A stretch of DNA of 64,000 nt from Candidatus Eiseniibacteriota bacterium (GTDB lineage Bacteria; Eisenbacteria; RBG-16-71-46). A model generated the notes under the pieces. The model searched no databases. It saw nothing but the letters and a program-made list of their open reading frames with translations, and was not told where the DNA came from. Both the position numbers and the translations under genes were made by a program. Shown piece by piece: positions 30,320-40,350 of this stretch (positions are counted from its first letter, which is position 1; every line of letters begins with the position of its first letter). The stretch lies in contig JBGPFC010000009.1 in the NCBI GenBank assembly GCA_041483195.1, positions 32,001 through 96,000 of the forward strand, given 5' to 3'.

Positions 30320-30371
30320 GCCGCCGAGCGAACCGGCCGACCCTCGCTGCGTCGCGTGCCGGCACCCGGCG

Positions 30372-30962
30372 TCACTCGAATTCGGCGAGCACCTGCCGGA
30401 GCCGCGCGAGCGGCAGCCCGACCACGTTGAAGTAGTCGCCATCGATGCGGCGCACGAACTGCGCCGCCATGCCCTGGATGCCGTACGCCCCGGCCTTGTC
30501 GAGGGGCTCGCCGGTGCGGACGTACGCGTCGATCGCCGCCTCGTCGAGCTTCGCGAGCAGCACTTCCGTGCATTCGGTGGCGGTGCGCTCCTCGCCGTCG
30601 CGCACGACGGCGATCCCGGTCCACACCTGATGCGCGCGGCCGTGGAGGCGCAGCAGCATCGCCCGCGCCTCGGCGGCGTCCCGCGGCTTGCCGAGGCGCG
30701 CCCCCCGCAGCACGACGATCGTGTCCGCCCCGATCACGACGGCGCCTCGACGCTTCGCGGCGACGCGACGCGCCTTGTCGAGCGCGAGCGCACGCACGCC
30801 GTGCCGGGGCTCCGCCGCACCCGGCCACGATCGATCCGGCCCCGGGTCCGCGAGGGTGAAGGGCGCGCCCACCTGCCGGAGCAGAGCGACGCGGCGCGGT
30901 GATCCCGACGCGAGCACCAGCGGGGAGCGCCCCGAGTAGAACAGCGGCGGCACCCGGCTCAT
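30372..30962 (-). CDS. maf: Maf nucleoside triphosphate pyrophosphatase
   Basis: LASGSPRR, GADTIV, GKP, DKAGAYGIQG. Confidence 0.93.
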   Translation of the reverse strand: MSRVPPLFYSGRSPLVLASGSPRRVALLRQVGAPFTLADPGPDRSWPGAAEPRHGVRALALDKARRVAAKRRGAVVIGADTIVVLRGARLGKPRDAAEARAMLLRLHGRAHQVWTGIAVVRDGEERTATECTEVLLAKLDEAAIDAYVRTGEPLDKAGAYGIQGMAAQFVRRIDGDYFNVVGLPLARLRQVLAEFE

Positions 30963-31420
30963 GCCGGCCGCTCCGCCTTGCGAGGACTCTCGATCATGAT
31001 CGTCACCGGTCCGTCGTTCACGAGCTCGACCTCCATGTGCGCGCGAAACACGCCGCGCGCGACCTCGACCCCCTCGCTCGTGAGCGCCTCGCAGAACCGC
31101 ACGAACAGCGGCTCGGCGTGCTCGGGGCGGGCGGCCTCGACGAAGTCGGGGCGACGGCCGCGGCGCGCATCGGCATAGAGCGTGAACTGAGGCACGACCA
31201 GCGCGCTTCCGCCGGCCTCCCGGACGTCGCGGTTCATCTGGCCCTCCGCGTCTGGGAAGATCCGCAGTCCGGCCAGCTTGCGCGCCGCCCAGTCCGCATC
31301 CGCTTCGCGGTCTGCGTGAGTCGCCCCCAGCAGGACCAGCACGCCGGATCCGATCTCGCCCGCCGCGCGTCCGTCCACGGTGACCCGCGCCCGAGCCACC
31401 CGCTGCACCAGCGCTCTCAC
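30959..31420 (-). CDS. dtd: D-aminoacyl-tRNA deacylase
   Basis: RALVQRV, QFTLY, NDGPVT; GTG overlaps the rel stop. Confidence 0.95.
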   Translation of the reverse strand: MRALVQRVARARVTVDGRAAGEIGSGVLVLLGATHADREADADWAARKLAGLRIFPDAEGQMNRDVREAGGSALVVPQFTLYADARRGRRPDFVEAARPEHAEPLFVRFCEALTSEGVEVARGVFRAHMEVELVNDGPVTIMIESPRKAERPA

Positions 31421-33636
31421 GCCTCGACGCCGCTCGCGCCCGGGGAGGGCGGGCGCGATCCGCCGATGATGCGCTGCCGGCGCTCGACCCGGGACACGCC
31501 CTTCACCCGCCGGATCGCCTGCATGACTTCCTGCAACCGCGCGAGGTGGGGGACTTCGACAACGAACACGCCACGCGCGTTCTGATCCTCGCTCGCCATC
31601 CCGGCGCTGCGGATGTTGACCGAGACCGCGGCGATCGCCTTCGCGATGTCGGCCAGCAGCGAGGTGCGGTCGTGGCCATACACGACCAGCCGCACCGGAA
31701 ACGTGTCGCCGATCCGCGAATCCCATTCGACAGCGACCTTGCGTTCGGGTGCGACGCGATCGCCGAAGGTATTCGGGCAGTCCAGGCGGTGGACCGAGAC
31801 GCCGCGCCCGATGGTGACGATCCCGATCGCCGGGTCCCCCGGCACCGGCTGGCAGCAGCGCGCGAACGACAGCATGACGTTGTCGATCCCCTGGATGCGC
31901 ACACCGCCGGATGGCTTGCGTGCCAGCCCGAGCGCCTCGAGCGGGCCCTTCGCCAGACGCTCGGCGAATCCCTCCTTCTCCGGGACGATCTTGCGCACCA
32001 CCTGGGTGAGCGACAGCTGGCCCTCCGCCAGGCGCGCGTACATCTGCTCGACGTCGGAGCAGCCCAGCGATCGCGCGATCTCTTCGAGGGTGGCGTCCTC
32101 GACCTTCTGACGTGCGCGCTTGATCTCGCGTTCCACCATCTCGCGCCCGAGGGCGACGCTGTCGGTGTGGCGCTGCTGGCGCAGCCAGTGACGCACCTTG
32201 CTGCGCGCCCCGGCGGTCTTCACGATCTGCAGCCAGTCTTCGTGGGGCCGCGCCTGCGGCGACGTGATGATCTCGACCGTGTCGCCGTTGCGCAGCGGGT
32301 AGCGCAGCGGCACCAGTTCGCCGTTCACGCGGGCGCCTACCGTGTGCTGGCCGACCGCGGTGTGGACCAGGAACGCGAAGTCGAGCGGGGTCGAGCCCTT
32401 CGCCAGGCGCTTGAGCTCGCGGCGCGGCGTGTAGACGAACACCTCCTCCTGATAGAGCGCGGTGCGCAGGAAGTCCATGTATTCGTCGTCGCTGGTGGTG
32501 CGCTGCCAGTCGGCGGTCTGCGCCACGAAGCCTCCGAGGCGCTCGTCGAGCTCCGCGTCGACCCGTCCCCCCTGCTTGTACACGTAGTGCGCGGCGATGC
32601 CGGTCTCGGCGATGCGATGCATGTCGCGGGTGCGGATCTGGATCTCGACCATCTCTCCGCTCTCGGTGAGAACGGTCGTGTGCAGCGACTGGTACATGTT
32701 GCTCTTCGGGGTCGCGATGTAGTCCTTGAAGCGATCCGCGACCGGCGTGAACTGGTCGTGCGCCACGCCGAGCGCCCGATAGCAGTCGTTCCGCGTGTGG
32801 GTGACGATACGCAGTCCGAACAGGTCGTAGATGGACTCGAAGTCCTTCCCGCCGCGGAGTTTGTGGAAGATCGAGTAGAAGTGCTTCGGGCGCCCCACGA
32901 CTTCCGCCTTGATGCCGGCGGCCTTCAGCCCCTCCCCCAGCTTCGCGCGCACGGTTTCGAGGAACGCGTCGCGCTCCTCGCGGTTCGCCGCGACCCGCTC
33001 CGCGATCTCCCGGTACGCGTCCGGCTCGAGCATCTTCAGGCTGAGGTCTTCGAGCTCGCGCTTGATGCCGGCCATGCCCAGACGGTGCGCGAGCGGGGCG
33101 TAGATGTCGAGCGTCTCGGCCGCGATCCGGCGCGTCTTGTCCTTTCGCAGGTATTCGAGCGTTCGCATGTTGTGAAGCCGATCGGCGAGCTTGATGAAGA
33201 TCACACGCAGATCGCGCGACATCGAGAGCAGCATCTTCCGGAAGTTCTCGGCCTGCTCCGCCTCGCGGCTGTCGAAGTGAAGCCCGGAGAGCTTGGTGAC
33301 GCCCTCCACCAGCCGCGCGACCTCGTGCCCGAAGCGCTTCTCGACGTCCTCGATCGTGATCGACGTGTCCTCGACCACGTCGTGCAGGATCGCCCCGAGG
33401 GCGAGCGACGTGTCCATCCGGCTCTCGAACAGGTCGAGCAGGATCAGGCACACCTCGACGAGGTGCGTGACGTAGGGCTGGCCGGACTCGCGGCGTTGAT
33501 CCGCGTGCGCGCGGTCCACGAAATCGAAGCAGGCCGCCACCCGGTCGCGATCGACCTTGGGCGCGCGCTCATCGAGCGCGGCGACCAGCGCGGCTCGCAG
33601 CTCGGGATGGCCGCCGGCCGTGGGTGCTTCGCTCAC
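31417..33636 (-). CDS. rel: Bifunctional (p)ppGpp synthetase/hydrolase Rel
   Basis: HD motif LHDVVED, RFKD, YQSLH, EIQIRT, TGS and ACT domains. Confidence 0.95.
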   Translation of the reverse strand: MSEAPTAGGHPELRAALVAALDERAPKVDRDRVAACFDFVDRAHADQRRESGQPYVTHLVEVCLILLDLFESRMDTSLALGAILHDVVEDTSITIEDVEKRFGHEVARLVEGVTKLSGLHFDSREAEQAENFRKMLLSMSRDLRVIFIKLADRLHNMRTLEYLRKDKTRRIAAETLDIYAPLAHRLGMAGIKRELEDLSLKMLEPDAYREIAERVAANREERDAFLETVRAKLGEGLKAAGIKAEVVGRPKHFYSIFHKLRGGKDFESIYDLFGLRIVTHTRNDCYRALGVAHDQFTPVADRFKDYIATPKSNMYQSLHTTVLTESGEMVEIQIRTRDMHRIAETGIAAHYVYKQGGRVDAELDERLGGFVAQTADWQRTTSDDEYMDFLRTALYQEEVFVYTPRRELKRLAKGSTPLDFAFLVHTAVGQHTVGARVNGELVPLRYPLRNGDTVEIITSPQARPHEDWLQIVKTAGARSKVRHWLRQQRHTDSVALGREMVEREIKRARQKVEDATLEEIARSLGCSDVEQMYARLAEGQLSLTQVVRKIVPEKEGFAERLAKGPLEALGLARKPSGGVRIQGIDNVMLSFARCCQPVPGDPAIGIVTIGRGVSVHRLDCPNTFGDRVAPERKVAVEWDSRIGDTFPVRLVVYGHDRTSLLADIAKAIAAVSVNIRSAGMASEDQNARGVFVVEVPHLARLQEVMQAIRRVKGVSRVERRQRIIGGSRPPSPGASGVEA

Positions 33637-35345
33637 GCCACCCGCACTCCCTTCACCTTGAGCTGAACCCGGGTCTCGCCCTGCCATTCGTTGCGGCTGG
33701 GGACGAAGAGCAGATCGCAGCGTCGCGCCCGCGCGATCTCGGGCGCGCGCTCGCCGAGGCCGAAGCCGATCGCGTCGGCACGGGCGGTGCCGTCGTGCAG
33801 CGACATCTTCAGGTGCTTGCCGCCGCCCACCGCGGTCGCCGCGTCCACCACCAGATCCGTCGCGCGAAACAGCGGTTCGGCGTTGTCGAGCCCGTGCGGG
33901 GAAAGGCGCTCCAGCCAGTCCAGCAGATCCAGGTCGCAATCGGCGAGCCGCAGATCGGAATCGAGGTGGATCCGCGGTACGAAATGCTCCGCCGTCAGCT
34001 GCTCGCGCACCAGCGACTCGATGCGCGTGCGCAGTTCGGGGAGGCGCTCGCGCCGCACCGAGAGCCCCGCCGCGAAGGCGTGCCCGCCATACGTCTCGAG
34101 CACGTCGGAGCACTGGGCCAGCAGGCGATTGAGGTCCAGGCCCGGGAGGCTGCGGCCGGAGCCCCGCCCGAGATCTCCGTCGAGGGCCACCAGCACGGTG
34201 GGGCGCTGGAAGCGCTCGACCAGGCGCGAGGCGACGATGCCGATCACCCCCGGATGCCATTGGTCCGACCAAAGAAGTATGGACGCGCAGTTCGGCCAGT
34301 CGAGCTCGCTCTCGACGCGTCCGGCCGCTTCGACCAGCGCCTCTTCGTCGAATCGTCTTCGCCGGTTGTTGTCCTCTTCCAGGCTCTCCGCGCAGGCGCG
34401 GGCCTCTGACGCGTCGCGCGCGAGCAGCAGGCGCAGCCCCTGTTCGGCATTCCCCATGCGCCCCGCCGCGTTGATCCGGGGCGCGAGCACGAACGCCACC
34501 TGCCCGCTGCTGATGCGGCGGCCGGCCAGCCCCGCCATGTCGATCAGCGCCTTGAGGCCGAGCCGGCCGCCACGATTCAGCCGCTCCAACCCGTGGCGCG
34601 CGAGCACGCGGTTCTCCCCCACCAGCGGAACGACGTCGGCGATGGTGCCGAGCGCGACGACGTCCAGGAATTCGCTGGCGCGTTCGAGTCCGCCCCGCCC
34701 GCGCAGCAGGCCCTGCGCGAGCTTGAACGTGACCCCCACCCCGGCGAGCGACTTGAAAGGGTAGGCGCATCCGGCGCGGTGCGGGTTCACGACCGCGACC
34801 GCGCGCGGCAGATTCGCGGGGGGATCGTGGTGGTCGGTGATGACGGTGTCGATGCCGGCCGCGCGGGCGTGCTCGACCGGCTCGACCGCCGTGATGCCGC
34901 AATCGACGGTGACGACCAGCGTGCAGCCGCGGCGGCGCGCCTGATCGATCGCGGACACCGAGAGCCCGTAACCGTCGCGCGTCCGGTGTGGGATGTGATA
35001 GTCGACCCGCCCCCCGAGATGCTCCAGCACCGCGTACAACAGGTAGGTCGATGTGACCCCGTCCACATCGTAGTCGCCGTGCACCAGGATGCGCTCCTTG
35101 CGCTCGATGGCCAGCAGGATGCGCTCGACCGCGCGGTCGAGATCGAGCAGCAGGAACGGATCGTGGAGATCGTCGAGCGTCGGCTCGAGGAAGCCACGCG
35201 CGGCCTCGAGCGTGCCGACCCCGCGGTGCACCAGCGCGTGCGCGATCGCGAGCGGGGCCCCGAGGTCGTGCGCGAGGGCCAGCGCCCGCTCGGCGTCGTG
35301 GCGCGGATGGAGCGTCCATTCGGGTGTCAGCGGAGGCGCGAGCAC
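33633..35345 (-). CDS. recJ: ssDNA exonuclease RecJ
   Basis: GDYDVDG, TVDCG, TDHH, GGHAFAAG; exact start uncertain. Confidence 0.94.
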   Translation of the reverse strand: MLAPPLTPEWTLHPRHDAERALALAHDLGAPLAIAHALVHRGVGTLEAARGFLEPTLDDLHDPFLLLDLDRAVERILLAIERKERILVHGDYDVDGVTSTYLLYAVLEHLGGRVDYHIPHRTRDGYGLSVSAIDQARRRGCTLVVTVDCGITAVEPVEHARAAGIDTVITDHHDPPANLPRAVAVVNPHRAGCAYPFKSLAGVGVTFKLAQGLLRGRGGLERASEFLDVVALGTIADVVPLVGENRVLARHGLERLNRGGRLGLKALIDMAGLAGRRISSGQVAFVLAPRINAAGRMGNAEQGLRLLLARDASEARACAESLEEDNNRRRRFDEEALVEAAGRVESELDWPNCASILLWSDQWHPGVIGIVASRLVERFQRPTVLVALDGDLGRGSGRSLPGLDLNRLLAQCSDVLETYGGHAFAAGLSVRRERLPELRTRIESLVREQLTAEHFVPRIHLDSDLRLADCDLDLLDWLERLSPHGLDNAEPLFRATDLVVDAATAVGGGKHLKMSLHDGTARADAIGFGLGERAPEIARARRCDLLFVPSRNEWQGETRVQLKVKGVRVA

Positions 35346-35400
35346 GATCGATCGTCGACCCTGGGTGTGGGAGGCGCGGGAGGGACGGAACCTGAGGGCC

Positions 35401-35430
35401 ACGCTAGCAGCGCGCTCGAAACACGGTCAA
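35401..35430 (-). promoter_or_regulatory. Putative sigma70 promoter of recJ-rel-dtd-maf
   Basis: TTGACC-N18-TAGCGT with extended -10 TG. Confidence 0.55.
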
Positions 35431-35522
35431 GCGCAGCGCCTCCGATCGATCCGAGACGGGGGCCACGCGTGCGGCCGAAAACGGCGACGCCCGGCAGAAT
35501 CGCCGGGCGCGCGCCGCAGTCA

Positions 35523-35913
<391 letters not shown>

Positions 35914-35931
<18 letters not shown>

Positions 35932-36351
35932 ACCCAGGACCCGATCGAGGGTCTCATTCACCAGCTGGTCCGCGCGAGCATTCTCCTCGCGACGCACCGC
36001 GCGGTACGTTACCTTGGTGAGCTTCATGGCCGCGGCCGCGGCGGTGGCGTGGAGCGGCTTGAGTCCCGCGTGCTTCACCCGGTACTCCCCGGTCATCTGC
36101 CGCACCACGAGTTCGCTGTCCATCAGCACGCGCACGACGCTCGCGCCGTGGCGCGCCGCTGCGTCGAGCCCATTAATCAACGCGCGGTATTCGGCGACGT
36201 TATTCGTGACGTCGCCCAGGAACTCGCCGCGCGCCTCGTGTTCCTCCCCGCGCGGATCGAGCAGTACCCAGGCGCACGCGCCGGGGCCCGGATTGCCGCG
36301 CGCGCCGCCATCGCAACGGAGCAGCCAGATGTTCGTGCGCGGCTCGGCCAT
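35914..36351 (-). CDS. rnhA: Ribonuclease HI (short type)
   Basis: DGGARGNPGP, TNNVAEY, DSELVV, ENARAD. Confidence 0.9.
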
Positions 36352-36382
36352 GGGCGCAGCTTAGAGCATGCGCACGGCGTGC

Positions 36383-37807
36383 TCAAACGCCACGCGTCGT
36401 CGCGCCTCGGGCCGGCTCGAGCCATCCCGCTCGATCGAGCGCTCGCCACGCGTCCGCTTCGCCACGGCGTATCAACTCGCGCGCGTGTGCGGGATCGAAG
36501 TCGAGCACCCCGCCCGGGAGGACCCGCTCGGGCTCGACCACGCACATCCGCGCCGGATCGCCGGCGCGACTCCATTCCGAGGGGAGCGAGCGCAACTCGG
36601 CCTGCATGTCACGCCAGTTCGCGATCTCGAGCAGCCGACCGCCGAGCTCGAACAGGTCGACCGGGGATGGAGACGCCGCCGGAGTTCCGCTCGGGGAGAG
36701 CAGCACGACGATCATCGCGTCGGCGCCGTCGGCGATCGCGACCTGGAGCGGCTGATTCGAGAACCCGCCCGGATCGACGAAGTCGCGGCCCGCGATCCTC
36801 ACCGGCTCGAAAAGTCCGGGAATCGCGGAGGATGCCACCGTCGCGCGCAGCACGTCCTCGGCGGTGTGCATCACCGCGACCTCTCCCAGCGCGCGGGCGA
36901 CGAGTTCGCGAAATTCCGGCGCCGGCCCGGGCCAGCTCACGAAGTGGGTGGTGCGACCCGAGTCGACGGCCAGCGCCGAGATCACGAGCCGCACCGGGCC
37001 GTCGATGAGGCGCGAAGCGTCGCCGCGCGCGACCAGGTCGTCGAGCAGTCGCCGCCGCCCGGCGCTGCCCCAGAGCCCGCGCCCGCCGGTTTCCGGCATC
37101 AGCCGCTTGAAGAACATCCGCAGGCTCCTTCCGCCGCGCCCGGGGCGGTTCACCAGCCACACGACGATCCCGAACAGCAACACCGTGGCGCCGAAGCGAT
37201 GGGGCCACGGAACCCCCGCGATCAGCACCGCGAGATGGACGGCCGCCCCGGCTGCGAGCGCCACCCCCAGGCGGCGATGCCAGCGATGAGGATCGCCGGG
37301 CGGCGTGATGCGCGCGAGCAGCGCTTCCGCGCGGCGCGAGAGCAGCATGAGTCCGAGCCCGAACACGGCGACCGCCGCCCAGGCGGTCGCGTCGAGCAGG
37401 AGCGACGTCAGGTCGGAGTGCCGGCTCGCGGCGCGCTCGAACGCGCGCAGGCCCGTGATCTGGTACGAACCGGCGAACGTGAGCACCACCTCGACCAGCG
37501 CGAGCACGAGCGCAGCGCCACCGAGCGCCCGCATCGCGAGCGTCGCCCAGCGCATGCCGAGGCTCGAAGGCCGCAACCGCAGCCACACGTCCTCCAGCGC
37601 AGCGGTGCGCAGGCCGTGCGCGACCCAGATCACGGCGTTGATCGCACCACTCGATACGCCGGCGACCAGCGCGGGCTTGAGCGCGAGCCGCTCCAGCACC
37701 TGGAGCACGCCGACCTCGTAGGCGCCGAGCGTGCCGCCTCCCGAGAGCAGGACGGCGACGCGTCGAAATCCGAGGTCGCCGCGGAGTACGCGCGCCGCGT
37801 GGCTCAC
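36383..37807 (-). CDS. Patatin-like phospholipase with an internal four-TM insert
   Basis: LSGGGTLGAYEVG, GVSSG (GxSxG), ASSAIPGLFEP, variant DPG; four hydrophobic segments inside the domain. Confidence 0.8.
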   Translation of the reverse strand: MSHAARVLRGDLGFRRVAVLLSGGGTLGAYEVGVLQVLERLALKPALVAGVSSGAINAVIWVAHGLRTAALEDVWLRLRPSSLGMRWATLAMRALGGAALVLALVEVVLTFAGSYQITGLRAFERAASRHSDLTSLLLDATAWAAVAVFGLGLMLLSRRAEALLARITPPGDPHRWHRRLGVALAAGAAVHLAVLIAGVPWPHRFGATVLLFGIVVWLVNRPGRGGRSLRMFFKRLMPETGGRGLWGSAGRRRLLDDLVARGDASRLIDGPVRLVISALAVDSGRTTHFVSWPGPAPEFRELVARALGEVAVMHTAEDVLRATVASSAIPGLFEPVRIAGRDFVDPGGFSNQPLQVAIADGADAMIVVLLSPSGTPAASPSPVDLFELGGRLLEIANWRDMQAELRSLPSEWSRAGDPARMCVVEPERVLPGGVLDFDPAHARELIRRGEADAWRALDRAGWLEPARGATTRGV

Positions 37808-37817
37808 ATCGGCGGAC

Positions 37818-38531
37818 TCAGGGAGCGTCGGGCGGCCACAGCATGAGGCGGCCGCATCCGTCGCAGAGCAGCAGCCGGTCGCGGCGCTTGGCTTCCTGCA
37901 CGACCTGCGGCGGCTGGCCCCTGTAACATCCTCCGCACGAGCCCTTCATGATCGCGACTACGGCGCGACCCTCGCGCGATGCCCGGATCCGCTCGTAACG
38001 ACTGCGCGTCGCGGCCGGCAGATGCTCGAGGTGGCCGGCGCGCTGCGCATCGAGACCGGCCGCGCGCTCGCGATCGATCGCTTCCTCGCGATCGATGGCC
38101 GCGGCCCGCTCCGCGAGCTCGCGTTCGGCGCCCCGCACGGCCTGTTCGATGGCGGGCCGCTCGCCCGCGAGGCGTTCCTCGTCTTCCAGCGCCACCAGCA
38201 CGGAGGTCTCGATGTCGGAGCGCTTCTTCCGAACCCCTCCGATCTCGTGGAGCAGCGCCTGGTATTCCTCGTTCTTCTTGACCAGCGGGAGCTGGCCCTG
38301 GAACTTGCGTTCCTCCGCCGTGAGCGCCTCGATCTGGCGCTCGAACTCCCGGCGCCTGACCTGGAGCGCCGCGACCTGCGACTTGTGCTGCTCGAGCCGG
38401 ACGCGTTCCGCGGCGAGGCGATGTTCGAGTGCCGTGCGCTGCTCGGGAAACCGCTTGAGCTCCGCGCTCACGACGGCCAGCTGCTCGTCGAGGTCCTTCA
38501 GCGCCCAGAGGTGGTCGAGTTCGTCGCTCAT
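37818..38531 (-). CDS. Coiled-coil C4-type zinc-ribbon protein (DUF164-like)
   Basis: Long coiled coil, EYQALLHEI, CGGC...CDGCGRL. Confidence 0.85.
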   Translation of the reverse strand: MSDELDHLWALKDLDEQLAVVSAELKRFPEQRTALEHRLAAERVRLEQHKSQVAALQVRRREFERQIEALTAEERKFQGQLPLVKKNEEYQALLHEIGGVRKKRSDIETSVLVALEDEERLAGERPAIEQAVRGAERELAERAAAIDREEAIDRERAAGLDAQRAGHLEHLPAATRSRYERIRASREGRAVVAIMKGSCGGCYRGQPPQVVQEAKRRDRLLLCDGCGRLMLWPPDAP

Positions 38532-38551
38532 CGCGGGCGTTCCGGCCACGC

Positions 38552-38580
38552 AAACGGGGATGTCGCGAACGACATCCCCG
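38552..38580 (-). terminator. Terminator-like hairpin downstream of the tRNA pair
   Basis: CGGGGATGTCG-TTCG-CGACATCCCCG followed by only TTT. Confidence 0.45.
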
Positions 38581-38728
38581 GTCGATGGCGCGTGACCGTC
38601 GTGGCGCGTCGCGCCGGACGCGGCGTGCGCGCGGGCGCCGCGTGTCGCGGTCGACCCTGCACGGTACGCATCCCATTCATCCTCGGCTCCTCGTGTATCG
38701 CGGCGCGGCCCGCACGCCGCGCGAAAGA

Positions 38729-38804
38729 TGGTGGGCGGAACAGGGCTCGAACCTGTGACCCCCTGGTTGTGATCCAGGTGCTCTACCAGCTGAGCTATCC
38801 GCCC
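38729..38804 (-). tRNA. tRNA-Val(CAC)
   Basis: 76-nt cloverleaf; anticodon arm CCTGG-ATCACAA-CCAGG; encoded CCA. Confidence 0.9.
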
Positions 38805-38851
38805 GGGTCGACCCCGGCCGCGCGCGGCGCGAAGGCCAGGTCGCGAGATCA

Positions 38852-38925
38852 TGGGCCCACCTGGATTCGAACCAGGGTCTTGCCGGTTATGAGCCGGCCG
38901 CTCTGGACCGCTGAGCTATGGGCCC
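38852..38925 (-). tRNA. tRNA with CAT anticodon, probably tRNA-Ile2 (lysidine)
   Basis: GGGCCCATAGCTCAG...GCCGG-CTCATAA-CCGGC...TTCGAAT; no encoded CCA; near rpoD like E. coli ileX. Confidence 0.85.
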
Positions 38926-38966
38926 AGCGTGGGGCGCGCATGAATCCCGACGCCAAAAGCCGCGTG

Positions 38967-38995
38967 TTTCTAGCATCGGCCGCGGGGGGTGTCAA
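38967..38995 (-). promoter_or_regulatory. Putative sigma70 promoter of tRNA-Ile2/tRNA-Val
   Basis: TTGACA-N17-TAGAAA with extended TG. Confidence 0.6.
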
Positions 38996-39039
38996 GGAAG
39001 GCGCCGCTCGGCGCCCGCGCCGCGCCGGCGCCCCGCGGA

Positions 39040-40338
39040 TCAGAACAGCGGATGGATGTAATCGTCGTCGACGACCGCCGCCGCGACGCCCTGCGCCAGC
39101 TCGAGCGCGAGCCCCGCCGCCGCGGCGGTCACGAGCGCCATGGCGAACGCGCGCTGGCGCGGCGCTCGAACCGGCGCCGCGAGCCATGTCACCGCTTCGC
39201 TCGCGACCAGGCCGAACAACAGCAGGCACGCGGGGGTGACCAGAATCACGTAGCGCAACAGCTTCGAATAACCCACGAAGCCGAGCCCGATCTGGATCGC
39301 GACGATGCCGAGAATCCACCCCAGCAGCGCCGCCCCGACGCGTCGCGAGCGCGCCGGCAGCGGGAGCAGCGCGAGCCCCGCGATCGATGGGATCAGCGTC
39401 CACACCGCACGCGGCAACAGCGAGAGATAGATCCACGGCGGACGCTCGATGGTCACCATGTGGACGAACGCGTTGACCGCGATGAGCTGCGGGGCGGGCT
39501 TGCCCGCCCACGCCGGGAACGGGCTCCCGGTCTCCCGCCACTGCCAGATCTCCCACGGGAGCTGGACCACGACCGCCGCCCCCAGGAAGACCGCGGCGAG
39601 CTTCCAGTCGAATCCCCGCGCCGTCCCGTCGCCGGCGGCCCACGCGAGCAGCAGGATTCCCGGCACCGCGAAGAATGCGTTCAACTTGATCAGGCTCGCG
39701 TAGCCGAGCGCGACGCCCGCGAGCGCGGCGAGCGCGAGACTGCGGCGGGTGCGGGCCGCGAGGAACAAGCTGCACGCGAGCGTCGCGACCGCGAGCATCG
39801 GGCCGTCGAGCCAGTAGCGCAGGTTGACGTGCACCGCGATCGGGGTGAGCGCCGCGAGCGCCGCGACCAGCACCGCGCGCAGGCCGCGGAACGGGTCCAG
39901 CACCTGCTGCCCGATACGCATCACGCACGCGAAGAACATCGCGAAACTCAGGAGCTGCGCGAGCGGATACCCCCCTTCCCGCAGCAGCCGGTGAAGGAGC
40001 CAGAACAGCGCGACCCCCCCGGGCGGGTGAAAGAACAGCGGGCCGGCGTACTGCTCCGGCGCGTAGTGGAGGCCGACCAGCGGCGTCCCGCGGAGCGTGT
40101 AGCCGTGGCCGGTTTCGAGCTGGCGCACCAGCACGCGGTACACCAGCTCGTCGCCCTCGCGATGCTCGCCGCCGAGAACCGGGAGCCGGCAGAGCAGTCC
40201 GGCGGCGAAGCAGGCCACGATCATGGCGACCGGCAGCCCGCGGCCGGCGCCGGTGCGGGCCGGGCGCGCCGCGTCCCGAGCACCCGCGCGGCCGCGCGCG
40301 TCGCCGCGCCGTCGCGTCCCGCGCTCCGGCCCGCGCAC
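39040..40338 (-). CDS. Polytopic GT-C glycosyltransferase (ArnT/PMT-like)
   Basis: Many TM segments, early EGDELVY, FHPPG, LGYASLIK; start may be ATG 40224. Confidence 0.65.
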   Translation of the reverse strand: MRGPERGTRRRGDARGRAGARDAARPARTGAGRGLPVAMIVACFAAGLLCRLPVLGGEHREGDELVYRVLVRQLETGHGYTLRGTPLVGLHYAPEQYAGPLFFHPPGGVALFWLLHRLLREGGYPLAQLLSFAMFFACVMRIGQQVLDPFRGLRAVLVAALAALTPIAVHVNLRYWLDGPMLAVATLACSLFLAARTRRSLALAALAGVALGYASLIKLNAFFAVPGILLLAWAAGDGTARGFDWKLAAVFLGAAVVVQLPWEIWQWRETGSPFPAWAGKPAPQLIAVNAFVHMVTIERPPWIYLSLLPRAVWTLIPSIAGLALLPLPARSRRVGAALLGWILGIVAIQIGLGFVGYSKLLRYVILVTPACLLLFGLVASEAVTWLAAPVRAPRQRAFAMALVTAAAAGLALELAQGVAAAVVDDDYIHPLF

Positions 40339-40350
40339 GTGCCCGTTCTC

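Noticed and set aside
35346..35402. recJ start at GTG 35402 as given in the ORF track
   Set aside because: It falls within the putative -10 element, so a downstream start is more plausible
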